A program made the position numbers and the translations under genes. The notes beneath the pieces were generated by a model that saw nothing but the letters and a program-made list of their open reading frames with translations, did no database searches and was not told the origin of the DNA. Shown in pieces: positions 56,866-64,000 of a DNA stretch of 64,000 nt; the first letter of the stretch is position 1; every line of letters begins with the position of its first letter. The DNA is from Victivallales bacterium. Lineage in GTDB: Bacteria > Verrucomicrobiota > Lentisphaeria > Victivallales > GWF2-38-69. The stretch is from positions 385,596-449,595 of the forward strand of contig OZ245791.1 in assembly GCA_965228125.1 (NCBI GenBank), in the 5' to 3' direction.

Positions 56866-57146
56866 AGTTTCTGTCTCCTAAACAACTGAATGTTTTCTAA
56901 ATTAATTCCAGAAAAAATCTTCTCCTCTTCTATTTTAGAGCTTCCATATAAAATAACAGCAGCCACTAAAATAGAAAGTCTTTTTATCTCCATGCTATCG
57001 TCGTAAATGCTAAAACGGAGCAGATAAACTACGATAAAAGCCAAACACTGGAAATAGCCAAGTCAAAAAAATAATAGTTGAATTAAACTTGCGCATTTCT
57101 ATGTTATAATAACCATAGAATTAACTTAACAAAACTATTCATTAGA

Positions 57147-57794
57147 ATGGATTTGAAAAGCATAAAAAAAGCCATACCAAAAACGCCAGGAGTAATCTGG
57201 AGTAAACACTACAGAAATGCTTCCATTTTTATTCCGCTTGTAAAAATTAATAAAGAGTATCACCTTCTTTTCGAAATTAGAAGCGAAGGAATAAGACAGG
57301 GCTCTGAAGTCTGCTTTCCTGGCGGCAGAATTGATAGCACTCTAGACAAATCTGAAAAAGACACTGCTCTAAGGGAAACAGTTGAAGAGCTTGGAATAGA
57401 TAAAAAGAAAATAAGTATTATAGGCCAGTACAATACATTGGTTCATCACATCGGAATGCTTATTTATACTTTCGTAGGGTTGCTTAAGATTAAGTCTCTT
57501 GATGAACTCAATATAGACAAAAAAGAAGTTGCTTCGGTCTTTACACTTCCACTGAGTTATTTCAAAGAAAATCCCCCGTCTGAATACAGATTAAGAATAG
57601 AGGCTAAACCTGAAATAATAGATGAAGCAGGCAACAAAATTACACTTTTTCCTGTAAAAGAATTGGGGTTGCCAGATCGCTATCTAAAACCATGGGGTTC
57701 GGATGATCACAAAGTAATCGTTTATAAAACACCAAAAGCTGTCATCTGGGGGATGACGGCCAATGTAGTTCATGATTTTTTAGATTCTATTTAA
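57147..57794 (+). CDS. NUDIX hydrolase, CoA pyrophosphatase-like
   Basis: LLFEIRSEGIRQGSEVCFPGG plus Nudix box ...ALRETVEELGI. Confidence 0.75.
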   Translation: MDLKSIKKAIPKTPGVIWSKHYRNASIFIPLVKINKEYHLLFEIRSEGIRQGSEVCFPGGRIDSTLDKSEKDTALRETVEELGIDKKKISIIGQYNTLVHHIGMLIYTFVGLLKIKSLDELNIDKKEVASVFTLPLSYFKENPPSEYRLRIEAKPEIIDEAGNKITLFPVKELGLPDRYLKPWGSDDHKVIVYKTPKAVIWGMTANVVHDFLDSI

Positions 57795-57838
57795 TTTTTT
57801 ACTGAATAACATTACCTGAGGCAAAGCAGAAATATAAT

Positions 57839-59767
57839 TCAACCGAAACCAGGAAGAAAATCATCCTCTTTCTTATTGATCGCTTCTTCTCTGTTTTGTA
57901 AAGGTTTAATGCTTTTCAGCCATTCTTCAAGCGATAATGTCCTAACTCCAAGCAATCTGGCTCTCTTAATTTTAGAGCTTTCAGATGAGACATCAGCAGC
58001 CACTAAAACAGAAAGTCCCTTTGTTACGCTGTCAACAGCTTTGTACCCTTGTTTTGATGCTAAATCCTCATAGAAGGATCTTTTCTCTGGCATCTCTCCG
58101 GTAAAACAGATTGACCTCAGATCTTCTTTGAGAGAAGAACCTTTGGTATTTGATATTTTGACACACTCCAAAAGTTCATCAATAATATCAGATTTCTCAC
58201 GAAAAGCTTTAAAAATAGCTTCAGACATTGTCGGCCCAATCTGGTCAATTTGTAAAAGCTCATCCCGAGACATTTGTCTTAATTCGCCTAGTGAATGTTC
58301 AGTAAGAATCTTAGATGCTAAAGTCTGACCTAAGCCTTGGATATTCAAACTTGCCACCAACTGATAATCAGTTGTCTCTCTGGCCATCTGGATGTTCTTA
58401 TATAAGTTGGACGCTGATTTTTCTTTAAAACCATCAAGTTTGAGTATGTCGCTCTTTGTCAATTTGAATATATCGGACAGAGATTTAACTCCCAAAGTGT
58501 TAATCATTTTTCTTATAGTAGGTTCGCCCAGTTCCTCTATTCCGATATTGCGGACTGACGCAAGAATCCTCTGTAATTTTGTCTCCGGACAGTCAGGATT
58601 GATACACCGCAATTCCTTATCATCTCTGGCAAGTTTGAATGAACATGACGGACACTCTGAGATAATGCATGGTTTGCGTTCATCTCCAGGTTCCGAATCG
58701 ACAATATGCGGTATGACATCTCCTGCCCTTTCGACAGTAACAATATCTCCTATCTGAATATCCCTCTCCTCAACATTGGCAATGTTGTGTAAAGTAACGT
58801 TAGAGATTGTAACTCCGCCTATTTCGACCGGCTCAATTCTCCCGACCGGAGTCAAACAATTCTTGCCAAAACTCCATTCCACGCCAATCAGTCTGGATTT
58901 CTTCCTTAATCCACTGAATTTAAATGCTATCTGTCCTCTCGGATGATGCGCAGTTTCGCCTAGTGATTCGCTGTAAGTTTCATCAGCAAGTTTGACTACT
59001 ATACCATCCATCGGATATGGCAGATTTTCTATCTCATCAACGACAGATTCCCATTTGCCTTCTATCTCATTAAACGGCACAGAATATGATATCATGTCAT
59101 AGTCAACAAGGGTGAGTTTTGCACCTTGGACAAGCATAGGTTTTATATCTTTGAGCCCCATGATTCCTGCAACGGCGTTGCGTGGATTCTTATATGATGA
59201 ACCATCAGTTTTCTTTATCCTAGAGTAGAGGGTTTTAAAGTCATCATCCCTGATGATTATCTCTCCTCTGACATATCTATCCAGAGTACCCTTGTATCCG
59301 GTCGTCTCAAGTTCGATCAATGGAACTTTGTCCGTCACATTCTCATCTTCCGTTCCCTGCCCTCTTGTGGCAAGAATACCATTTGAGTAACATGAGGATA
59401 TCCCATCGTACTTGGGTTGAATCAGAAAAATCTCGTCTTCACTTCTCTTTATTTCTGACGCCCATTTAATCAAACTCTTTTTGCCTTTAGGAGCATCTTT
59501 GAAGAAATAAGTTTTCTCCAGTGAGATCATTGGCTTGTTAAGTACAACCTTGCCAAGACTTGCCACATCGGCAGAACCCACAGTATCCAGAAGCGGGTTC
59601 TCTGGATCAAGCTCTTCAAGCCTTTGAAGCAGCAAATCATAATATTCATCCGATATCTCTGGAGTGTTCTTATCCCAATAGAGCTTATTATGCCGCTCAA
59701 TCTCTTGAACAAGCTCTTCCAAACTAAACTTTTTTATCTTATCAGTATCCATTCTCTTCCGTACCAT
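57839..59767 (-). CDS. ligA: NAD-dependent DNA ligase
   Basis: 642 aa. Adenylation motif QPKYDGIS, Zn finger CPSCSFKL...CINPDCP, HhH region, C-terminal BRCT. The first two codons lie inside a repeat, so M6 is an alternative start. Confidence 0.9.
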   Translation of the reverse strand: MVRKRMDTDKIKKFSLEELVQEIERHNKLYWDKNTPEISDEYYDLLLQRLEELDPENPLLDTVGSADVASLGKVVLNKPMISLEKTYFFKDAPKGKKSLIKWASEIKRSEDEIFLIQPKYDGISSCYSNGILATRGQGTEDENVTDKVPLIELETTGYKGTLDRYVRGEIIIRDDDFKTLYSRIKKTDGSSYKNPRNAVAGIMGLKDIKPMLVQGAKLTLVDYDMISYSVPFNEIEGKWESVVDEIENLPYPMDGIVVKLADETYSESLGETAHHPRGQIAFKFSGLRKKSRLIGVEWSFGKNCLTPVGRIEPVEIGGVTISNVTLHNIANVEERDIQIGDIVTVERAGDVIPHIVDSEPGDERKPCIISECPSCSFKLARDDKELRCINPDCPETKLQRILASVRNIGIEELGEPTIRKMINTLGVKSLSDIFKLTKSDILKLDGFKEKSASNLYKNIQMARETTDYQLVASLNIQGLGQTLASKILTEHSLGELRQMSRDELLQIDQIGPTMSEAIFKAFREKSDIIDELLECVKISNTKGSSLKEDLRSICFTGEMPEKRSFYEDLASKQGYKAVDSVTKGLSVLVAADVSSESSKIKRARLLGVRTLSLEEWLKSIKPLQNREEAINKKEDDFLPGFG

Positions 59768-59826
59768 GGGTATCCTGCCCGTGTGTTTTATCTTATTATT
59801 TACACGGGCGAGACGCCCGTGCTACA
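59762..59826. repeat. Direct repeat DR1 (double GC hairpin unit overlapping the ligA RBS and start)
   Basis: TACCATGGGTATCCTGCCCGTG-n19-CACGGGCGAGACGCCCGTGCTACA. About 86% identical (9 differences by hand alignment) to 61327-61392. Confidence 0.8.
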
Positions 59827-59863
59827 TTTCAATTTCATACCCTTCCGTATGGGTTGCGACACA

Positions 59864-60913
59864 TCATTTACTCTCACTTTCGTCATCAAGTTGCATTTCC
59901 TGCATTAAAGACAATTTCAACGCATCTGCATCTGGAAGATTATCTTTAAACTCTTTAGGCAGTTTCTTCGTAAAATAGTATTCAGCTACACCTATAGGCT
60001 TTCTGGCACCGCGTAGCGCATATTCAACCACAATGTTTTCTTTATCTGCGCACAAAATAATGCCAATAGAAGGATTCTCGTCTTTTAACCGCACCTGTTC
60101 ATCCAGAAGATGCAGATAAAAATCCATCTTCCCTGCATATTCAACTTCAAATTTGCCTGTTTTAAGTTCAATCGCCACAAGGCATTTAAGTTTTCTGTTG
60201 TAAAATAGCAGGTCGATGAAGTATTCATTATCATTTAATGTCAGGCGATATTGATTACCGATAAAGGAGAAACCAAAGCCAAGTTCCAATATAAACTGCT
60301 TCATTTTCTCGATAAGTCTCTTTTCCAGTTCTCTTTCAAGCACAGGCTTTGTGATTCCCAGAAAATCGAGATTATAAATGCTTTTGATCGATTCATCAGC
60401 CTGCTCGGCAAGATGGGTAGGTAAAACTTTTGAAAAATTATGAGTCTTTTGTTTTAGACTCATCTCATAAGCGCCTGCCTTTATCTGATTTAAAAGCACA
60501 TTTCTTGACCAGCCAAATTCACGAGACGATCTAAGATAATATTCCCGTTCTTTATCTAAGGCTACTTTTTCCATAACCAACACATTGTGACCCCACGGTA
60601 ATTCTGCAACAAGCTGTTGCAGAATTAGGGTGTCTTTGTATTCCTCATAAAATCTGCGCATATTCCAAAGATTTCTTTCCGAAAACCCTAATGAGCCGGG
60701 TAAGGCTTTTTTCAAATCGCGGGCAAGTTGTTCTATTATAGATTCGCCCCATTTATATTTTTTCTGCCGTTCAACAATGCTTCTGCCAATATCCCAGTAG
60801 AGCATTATAAGCTCTTTATTGACAGCTCGAACAGCCTGAATCCTGGCAGTGACAATCCTGGACTTTATCTCATTGAGGAAACTAACATATTCTTTTGTAA
60901 TTATGCTTTTCAT
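59864..60913 (-). CDS. yhcG: YhcG-type PDDEXK nuclease (DUF1016)
   Basis: 349 aa. LPWGHN, FLGNQYRL-type FIGNQYRL and FIDLLFYNRKLKCLVAIELKTGKF (D...E-x-K core) motifs. Confidence 0.85.
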   Translation of the reverse strand: MKSIITKEYVSFLNEIKSRIVTARIQAVRAVNKELIMLYWDIGRSIVERQKKYKWGESIIEQLARDLKKALPGSLGFSERNLWNMRRFYEEYKDTLILQQLVAELPWGHNVLVMEKVALDKEREYYLRSSREFGWSRNVLLNQIKAGAYEMSLKQKTHNFSKVLPTHLAEQADESIKSIYNLDFLGITKPVLERELEKRLIEKMKQFILELGFGFSFIGNQYRLTLNDNEYFIDLLFYNRKLKCLVAIELKTGKFEVEYAGKMDFYLHLLDEQVRLKDENPSIGIILCADKENIVVEYALRGARKPIGVAEYYFTKKLPKEFKDNLPDADALKLSLMQEMQLDDESESK

Positions 60914-60921
60914 TTTAACCT

Positions 60922-61252
60922 CTACTTTTCTCCCTCTACGATTTTTATCTCGTCATCGGTCAATCCATATAATTCACAAACAAGTCTGTCTATCTCTAGC
61001 TCAAGTTAATATCGACCTGTTGTATTCACCCCATAATGAACGAAGGAAATGGTGTCCACATCGACCATAAGTGTTACAGATATTATCTGCATCATTTTTA
61101 CAGTTGTTGTCGTAAAGTTTTTTAACAATAGATTCAATCATATCAAGTAATTCTTTGCCGTATTTAAGGTTTTGTTCCATTTGTTCTGATAATTTTTCTA
61201 AGTAAACTAAAGTATTAGAAAAATGTTTATCCATATCATTGCCACGGGTCAA
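60922..61252 (-). pseudogene. Decayed fragment of a restriction-modification (N6-methylase/specificity type) gene
   Basis: Minus frame at 61002-60922 reads ELEIDRLVCELYGLTDDEIKIVEGEK*, the stereotyped C-terminus of type I/IIG R-M methylase proteins. It is out of frame with the 83-codon ORF 61001..61252 upstream. Confidence 0.55.
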
Positions 61253-61326
61253 TACACTATCTTCCCCTTATATTATACCATTTTGCAGCTAGACCTTTTT
61301 CTTTGCAGTAGTGTTTTCCTTCCCCA

Positions 61327-61392
61327 TACCATGGGCATCCTGCCAATGTTTCTTATCTTAGTTATTTACACGTGCAAGACGCCCGTGGTACA
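61327..61392. repeat. Direct repeat DR2
   Basis: TACCATGGGCATCCTGCCAATG-n20-CACGTGCAAGACGCCCGTGGTACA: a second copy of the ligA upstream unit, sitting just downstream of ade. Confidence 0.8.
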
Positions 61393-61404
61393 TCTGAGAA
61401 CCAA

Positions 61405-63210
61405 CTAAATAAACAATGGGACTTTTTCAGGGCCTGCCGGTGTCATTTTGATTAAAGATTTATCGGAAATTTTGAGTTCGGGTATAACAGGAAGCTGAAG
61501 GAAAGCCATCGTTAGAAATGAAGAAGTAAGAGTCCCTCCCAATTTTCTATAGGCTTTATCTATCTCCTCGTGCGATTCAACAACTTTTGCAGGTTCTTCT
61601 ATAGACATCAACCCCGCAAACTTCAAAGGCATTGAAGCAAGGACTTTTTCGTTTTTAACAACGACTATCCCGCCTTGGATTTTTTTGATTTCCTCGACAG
61701 CAAGTGCCATGTCCTTGCCATTTGTCCCAATTACCCCCAAGTTGTGCGAATCATGGCCGATAGTTGATGCCACAGCTCCTTCCTTAAGCCCAAATCCCAT
61801 GAGCAACCCCAGGGCATAATTCCCTTTATTGTTATGCCTGTTTATGACGGCTATTTTGAGAATATCTCTATTGATATCAGCTTCTATCTCTCCGTTGCAA
61901 GGGCGAAATTCCTCTATGGCCTCATCTGTTACCAACTGGTCTTTTCTGAGTTTAATAACTCTTGCCTTTTGTACAGGAGCAGAAGATAAAATTTTAAAAT
62001 CATCCTCCTTAAATTCTTTTTCAATTTTTACGGAGTTCAAAATATAAGCAGGATGCGGATATTCCTCGTACTTAGTAAGGAGCTTATCCTTCAGGTAAAC
62101 AGTTTTGCCATTTACAAAAGTGGCATAAGATTCAAAATTCTCCAAATCCTCAAAGACAGCAATATCCGCTCTGGACTGAATGGAGAGTTTGCCTTGGTAT
62201 TTAAAATCAAAAAACTCGGCAGCATTTATTGTGGCCATCCTGATTATGTCGAAGATAGATGTTTTGGAATTCTTCTTTGTTTTTAAAATAGCAGCCGCTT
62301 TTCTGAGAGTATCGTCTATGTGTCCCTTGGAAATAAGATCATGAGGATTCTTATCATCCGCACAGAAAATCAGTCTTCTTGTATCCAGTTTTTTATCCAG
62401 AACATAGTTTAGGAGGCCTTCCATGTTCTGAGCGCTGCTCCCATCCCTTAGCATGACATATAGGCCTTTTGAAAGCTTCTCTTCCAATTCCTCTCCTTTC
62501 GAACATTCATGATCTGCCATTATACCGGCATTGATATAAGCAGACAACTCTCTGCCATGCAGCCCTGGACAATGTCCGTCAACAATCAGCCTATTTTTCT
62601 TGAATCCTCTGGCACGATATGTTTCACTTATTTTAGAAAGCAGGTCAGGAAATGATTGAATTACTCCCGGGTAGTTCATCACTTCGCCAAGCCCTATAAT
62701 GTTGTTGTATTTCAAAAGGGATTTGACATCGTCCACAGATATCATAGCTCCGCTCTCTTCAAATTCCCCGCCTAATGCAGGAACACACGACGGAATGGTA
62801 AAATAACACCGGAGATTAGTATCCATCGCTTCATTTATTATATGCCTTATCCCTCTCTTGCCTAAAACATTTGCTATTTCATGCGGGTCATTGATAACAG
62901 TGGTTGTACCATGTGCAATAACAATTGAGGCAAAATTAGAAAATGTCATCATTGAGCTTTCGATGTGTATGTGAGGCTCAATCAACCCGGGAAGAGCAAA
63001 TCGCCCGCCTAAATCAACTATCTTAGTATTAGCATCGGCATAACCTGAATAGTCCTCGTAAAGGCCGACTATCCTACGGCCCTTAATTGTTATGGAACCT
63101 TCTCTTATTTTGCCTGATAAAACATCTACAATGGACGCATTCTTCAGTATAAGGTCAGGCGGGGTTTTCCCGAGCGAACAGTCTATACTTCGGCCATATC
63201 TGTCATCCAT
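61405..63210 (-). CDS. ade: Adenine deaminase
   Basis: 601 aa. GLIEPHIHIESSM metal site, then a long Ade-type C-terminal domain. Confidence 0.85.
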   Translation of the reverse strand: MDDRYGRSIDCSLGKTPPDLILKNASIVDVLSGKIREGSITIKGRRIVGLYEDYSGYADANTKIVDLGGRFALPGLIEPHIHIESSMMTFSNFASIVIAHGTTTVINDPHEIANVLGKRGIRHIINEAMDTNLRCYFTIPSCVPALGGEFEESGAMISVDDVKSLLKYNNIIGLGEVMNYPGVIQSFPDLLSKISETYRARGFKKNRLIVDGHCPGLHGRELSAYINAGIMADHECSKGEELEEKLSKGLYVMLRDGSSAQNMEGLLNYVLDKKLDTRRLIFCADDKNPHDLISKGHIDDTLRKAAAILKTKKNSKTSIFDIIRMATINAAEFFDFKYQGKLSIQSRADIAVFEDLENFESYATFVNGKTVYLKDKLLTKYEEYPHPAYILNSVKIEKEFKEDDFKILSSAPVQKARVIKLRKDQLVTDEAIEEFRPCNGEIEADINRDILKIAVINRHNNKGNYALGLLMGFGLKEGAVASTIGHDSHNLGVIGTNGKDMALAVEEIKKIQGGIVVVKNEKVLASMPLKFAGLMSIEEPAKVVESHEEIDKAYRKLGGTLTSSFLTMAFLQLPVIPELKISDKSLIKMTPAGPEKVPLFI

Positions 63211-63220
63211 CTAAGCCCAC

Positions 63221-64000
63221 CTATTGTTTATTATGGGTCATTATATCAAGGATTACATCATCAGTTTTTTGCATTCCGGCACTGGCTAGTTCGCCAATAT
63301 TCCTAATGGTATCTTCAACATTTTTCCCAACGATTCCATCGCCGCCATGCAGCGCTTTGTGATTCTGAGCTAACATCGCTCCGTCGAAGGCCGCATAAAT
63401 ACCTGTAGCTATTTTCATAGCGCAGGAAGCCTTGGCACCGTCGCAGATCATACCGGAAATAGTTCCCAGAGTATTGCTGATGGCATTGGATACAGTCAGA
63501 AAATCTTCATCATCGAGAAAAGCTATTGCTCCGCTCACAGCCGCAGCTGCACATACGGCTCCGCAATAAGCTGAAAGTTCGCCGACTTCAGTTTTTATAT
63601 GGATCGTTGTAAGATGAGAGAAAAAAAGACTGCGAATCAACTTTTCATGATCGATTTTCTTTTCTTTGCAGTATTTTATCAGAGGAAGAGACGCTGTCAT
63701 GCCCTGATTCCCGCTTCCGCTTGTAATCATTACAGGCATAGCACAGCCGCTCATCCTGGCATCACTCCCAGCCGCAGCATAACTGGCACAAACATTTTTC
63801 CTATCGTACCCATAAAAACCTTGGCCTATAGTTTTCATAATGCAGCTTCCGAGATTGACACCGTAAGTCTCTTTCAATCCCTCTTCAGCTATGTTGGAAT
63901 TAAGTTCAATGACCTTTTCAAGCAGCGGTTGTATAAGCTTAAGATCAATTGTTTTGGCTAAATTGTAGAGAAGCTCCACTGTTAAGATTTTTCTGTCTGT
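63221..64000 (-). CDS. Serine-dehydratase-alpha-like / UPF0597 (YhaM, L-cysteine desulfidase-like) protein; N-terminus outside the window
   Basis: ITSGSGNQGMTASLP and GMICDGAKASCA motifs. The reading frame stays open to the window edge. Confidence 0.7.
   Translation of the reverse strand, partial: TDRKILTVELLYNLAKTIDLKLIQPLLEKVIELNSNIAEEGLKETYGVNLGSCIMKTIGQGFYGYDRKNVCASYAAAGSDARMSGCAMPVMITSGSGNQGMTASLPLIKYCKEKKIDHEKLIRSLFFSHLTTIHIKTEVGELSAYCGAVCAAAAVSGAIAFLDDEDFLTVSNAISNTLGTISGMICDGAKASCAMKIATGIYAAFDGAMLAQNHKALHGGDGIVGKNVEDTIRNIGELASAGMQKTDDVILDIMTHNKQ

Noticed and set aside
56835-57044. 69-aa minus-strand ORF upstream of the URO-D-like gene
   Set aside because: It overlaps the start of the 55243..56865 gene and has no ribosome-binding site or recognisable motif. 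It is most likely leader or promoter sequence.
59624-59978. Short + strand ORFs (59624..59908, 59766..59978, 61223..61408, 60728..61070) across the ligA-ade insertion
   Set aside because: They run through the hairpin repeats or antisense to yhcG. They have no motifs and no ribosome-binding sites, and are artefacts of the repeat and AT-rich sequence.

Overview
A 64-kb stretch of an AT-rich bacterial chromosome; I cannot assign a taxon from sequence alone. The backbone is housekeeping and central metabolism. It includes ptsH-ptsI, dCMP deaminase, and a 2-oxoglutarate/succinate-to-propionate block (korDABC, methylmalonyl-CoA mutase, epimerase, carboxyltransferase plus BCCP, ScpB-type decarboxylase). 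It also includes rfbC, an EF-G paralog, rpsA, yajC-secDF, anmK, sugar and MFS transporters, a ROK kinase, aspC, a KamA-family enzyme, a nucleoside hydrolase, SPFH/NfeD, CobW, ligA and adenine deaminase.

Four accessory insertions interrupt this backbone:
1. A complete integron at 4.9-11.1 kb: divergent intI, candidate Pc/attI, and seven attC-bounded cassettes. Four cassettes are toxin-antitoxin units (one decayed). The first encodes an orphan protein with a proteasome/HslV-like Ntn-hydrolase signature.
2. A translationally coupled operon at 42.6-45.4 kb (secreted protein plus two radical-SAM enzymes). It is bracketed by diverged direct repeats of about 150 bp that include a second copy of the ROK gene 3' end. 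A GC-rich structured non-coding tract and an mrr restriction gene follow it.
3. A 0.66-kb insertion at 36.4-37.2 kb encoding a tandem-repeat protein, bracketed by a duplicated GNAT 3' end.
4. A 1.5-kb insertion at 59.8-61.3 kb (YhcG/DUF1016 nuclease plus a decayed R-M methylase fragment), bracketed by 65-bp direct repeats that include the ligA start.

A GC-rich hairpin family (CACGGGC-N5-GCCCGTG) recurs at several of these junctions and also serves as intrinsic terminators. No rRNA, tRNA or CRISPR array was seen. All homology calls come from motif recognition by eye, and all coordinates of non-ORF features are hand-indexed.
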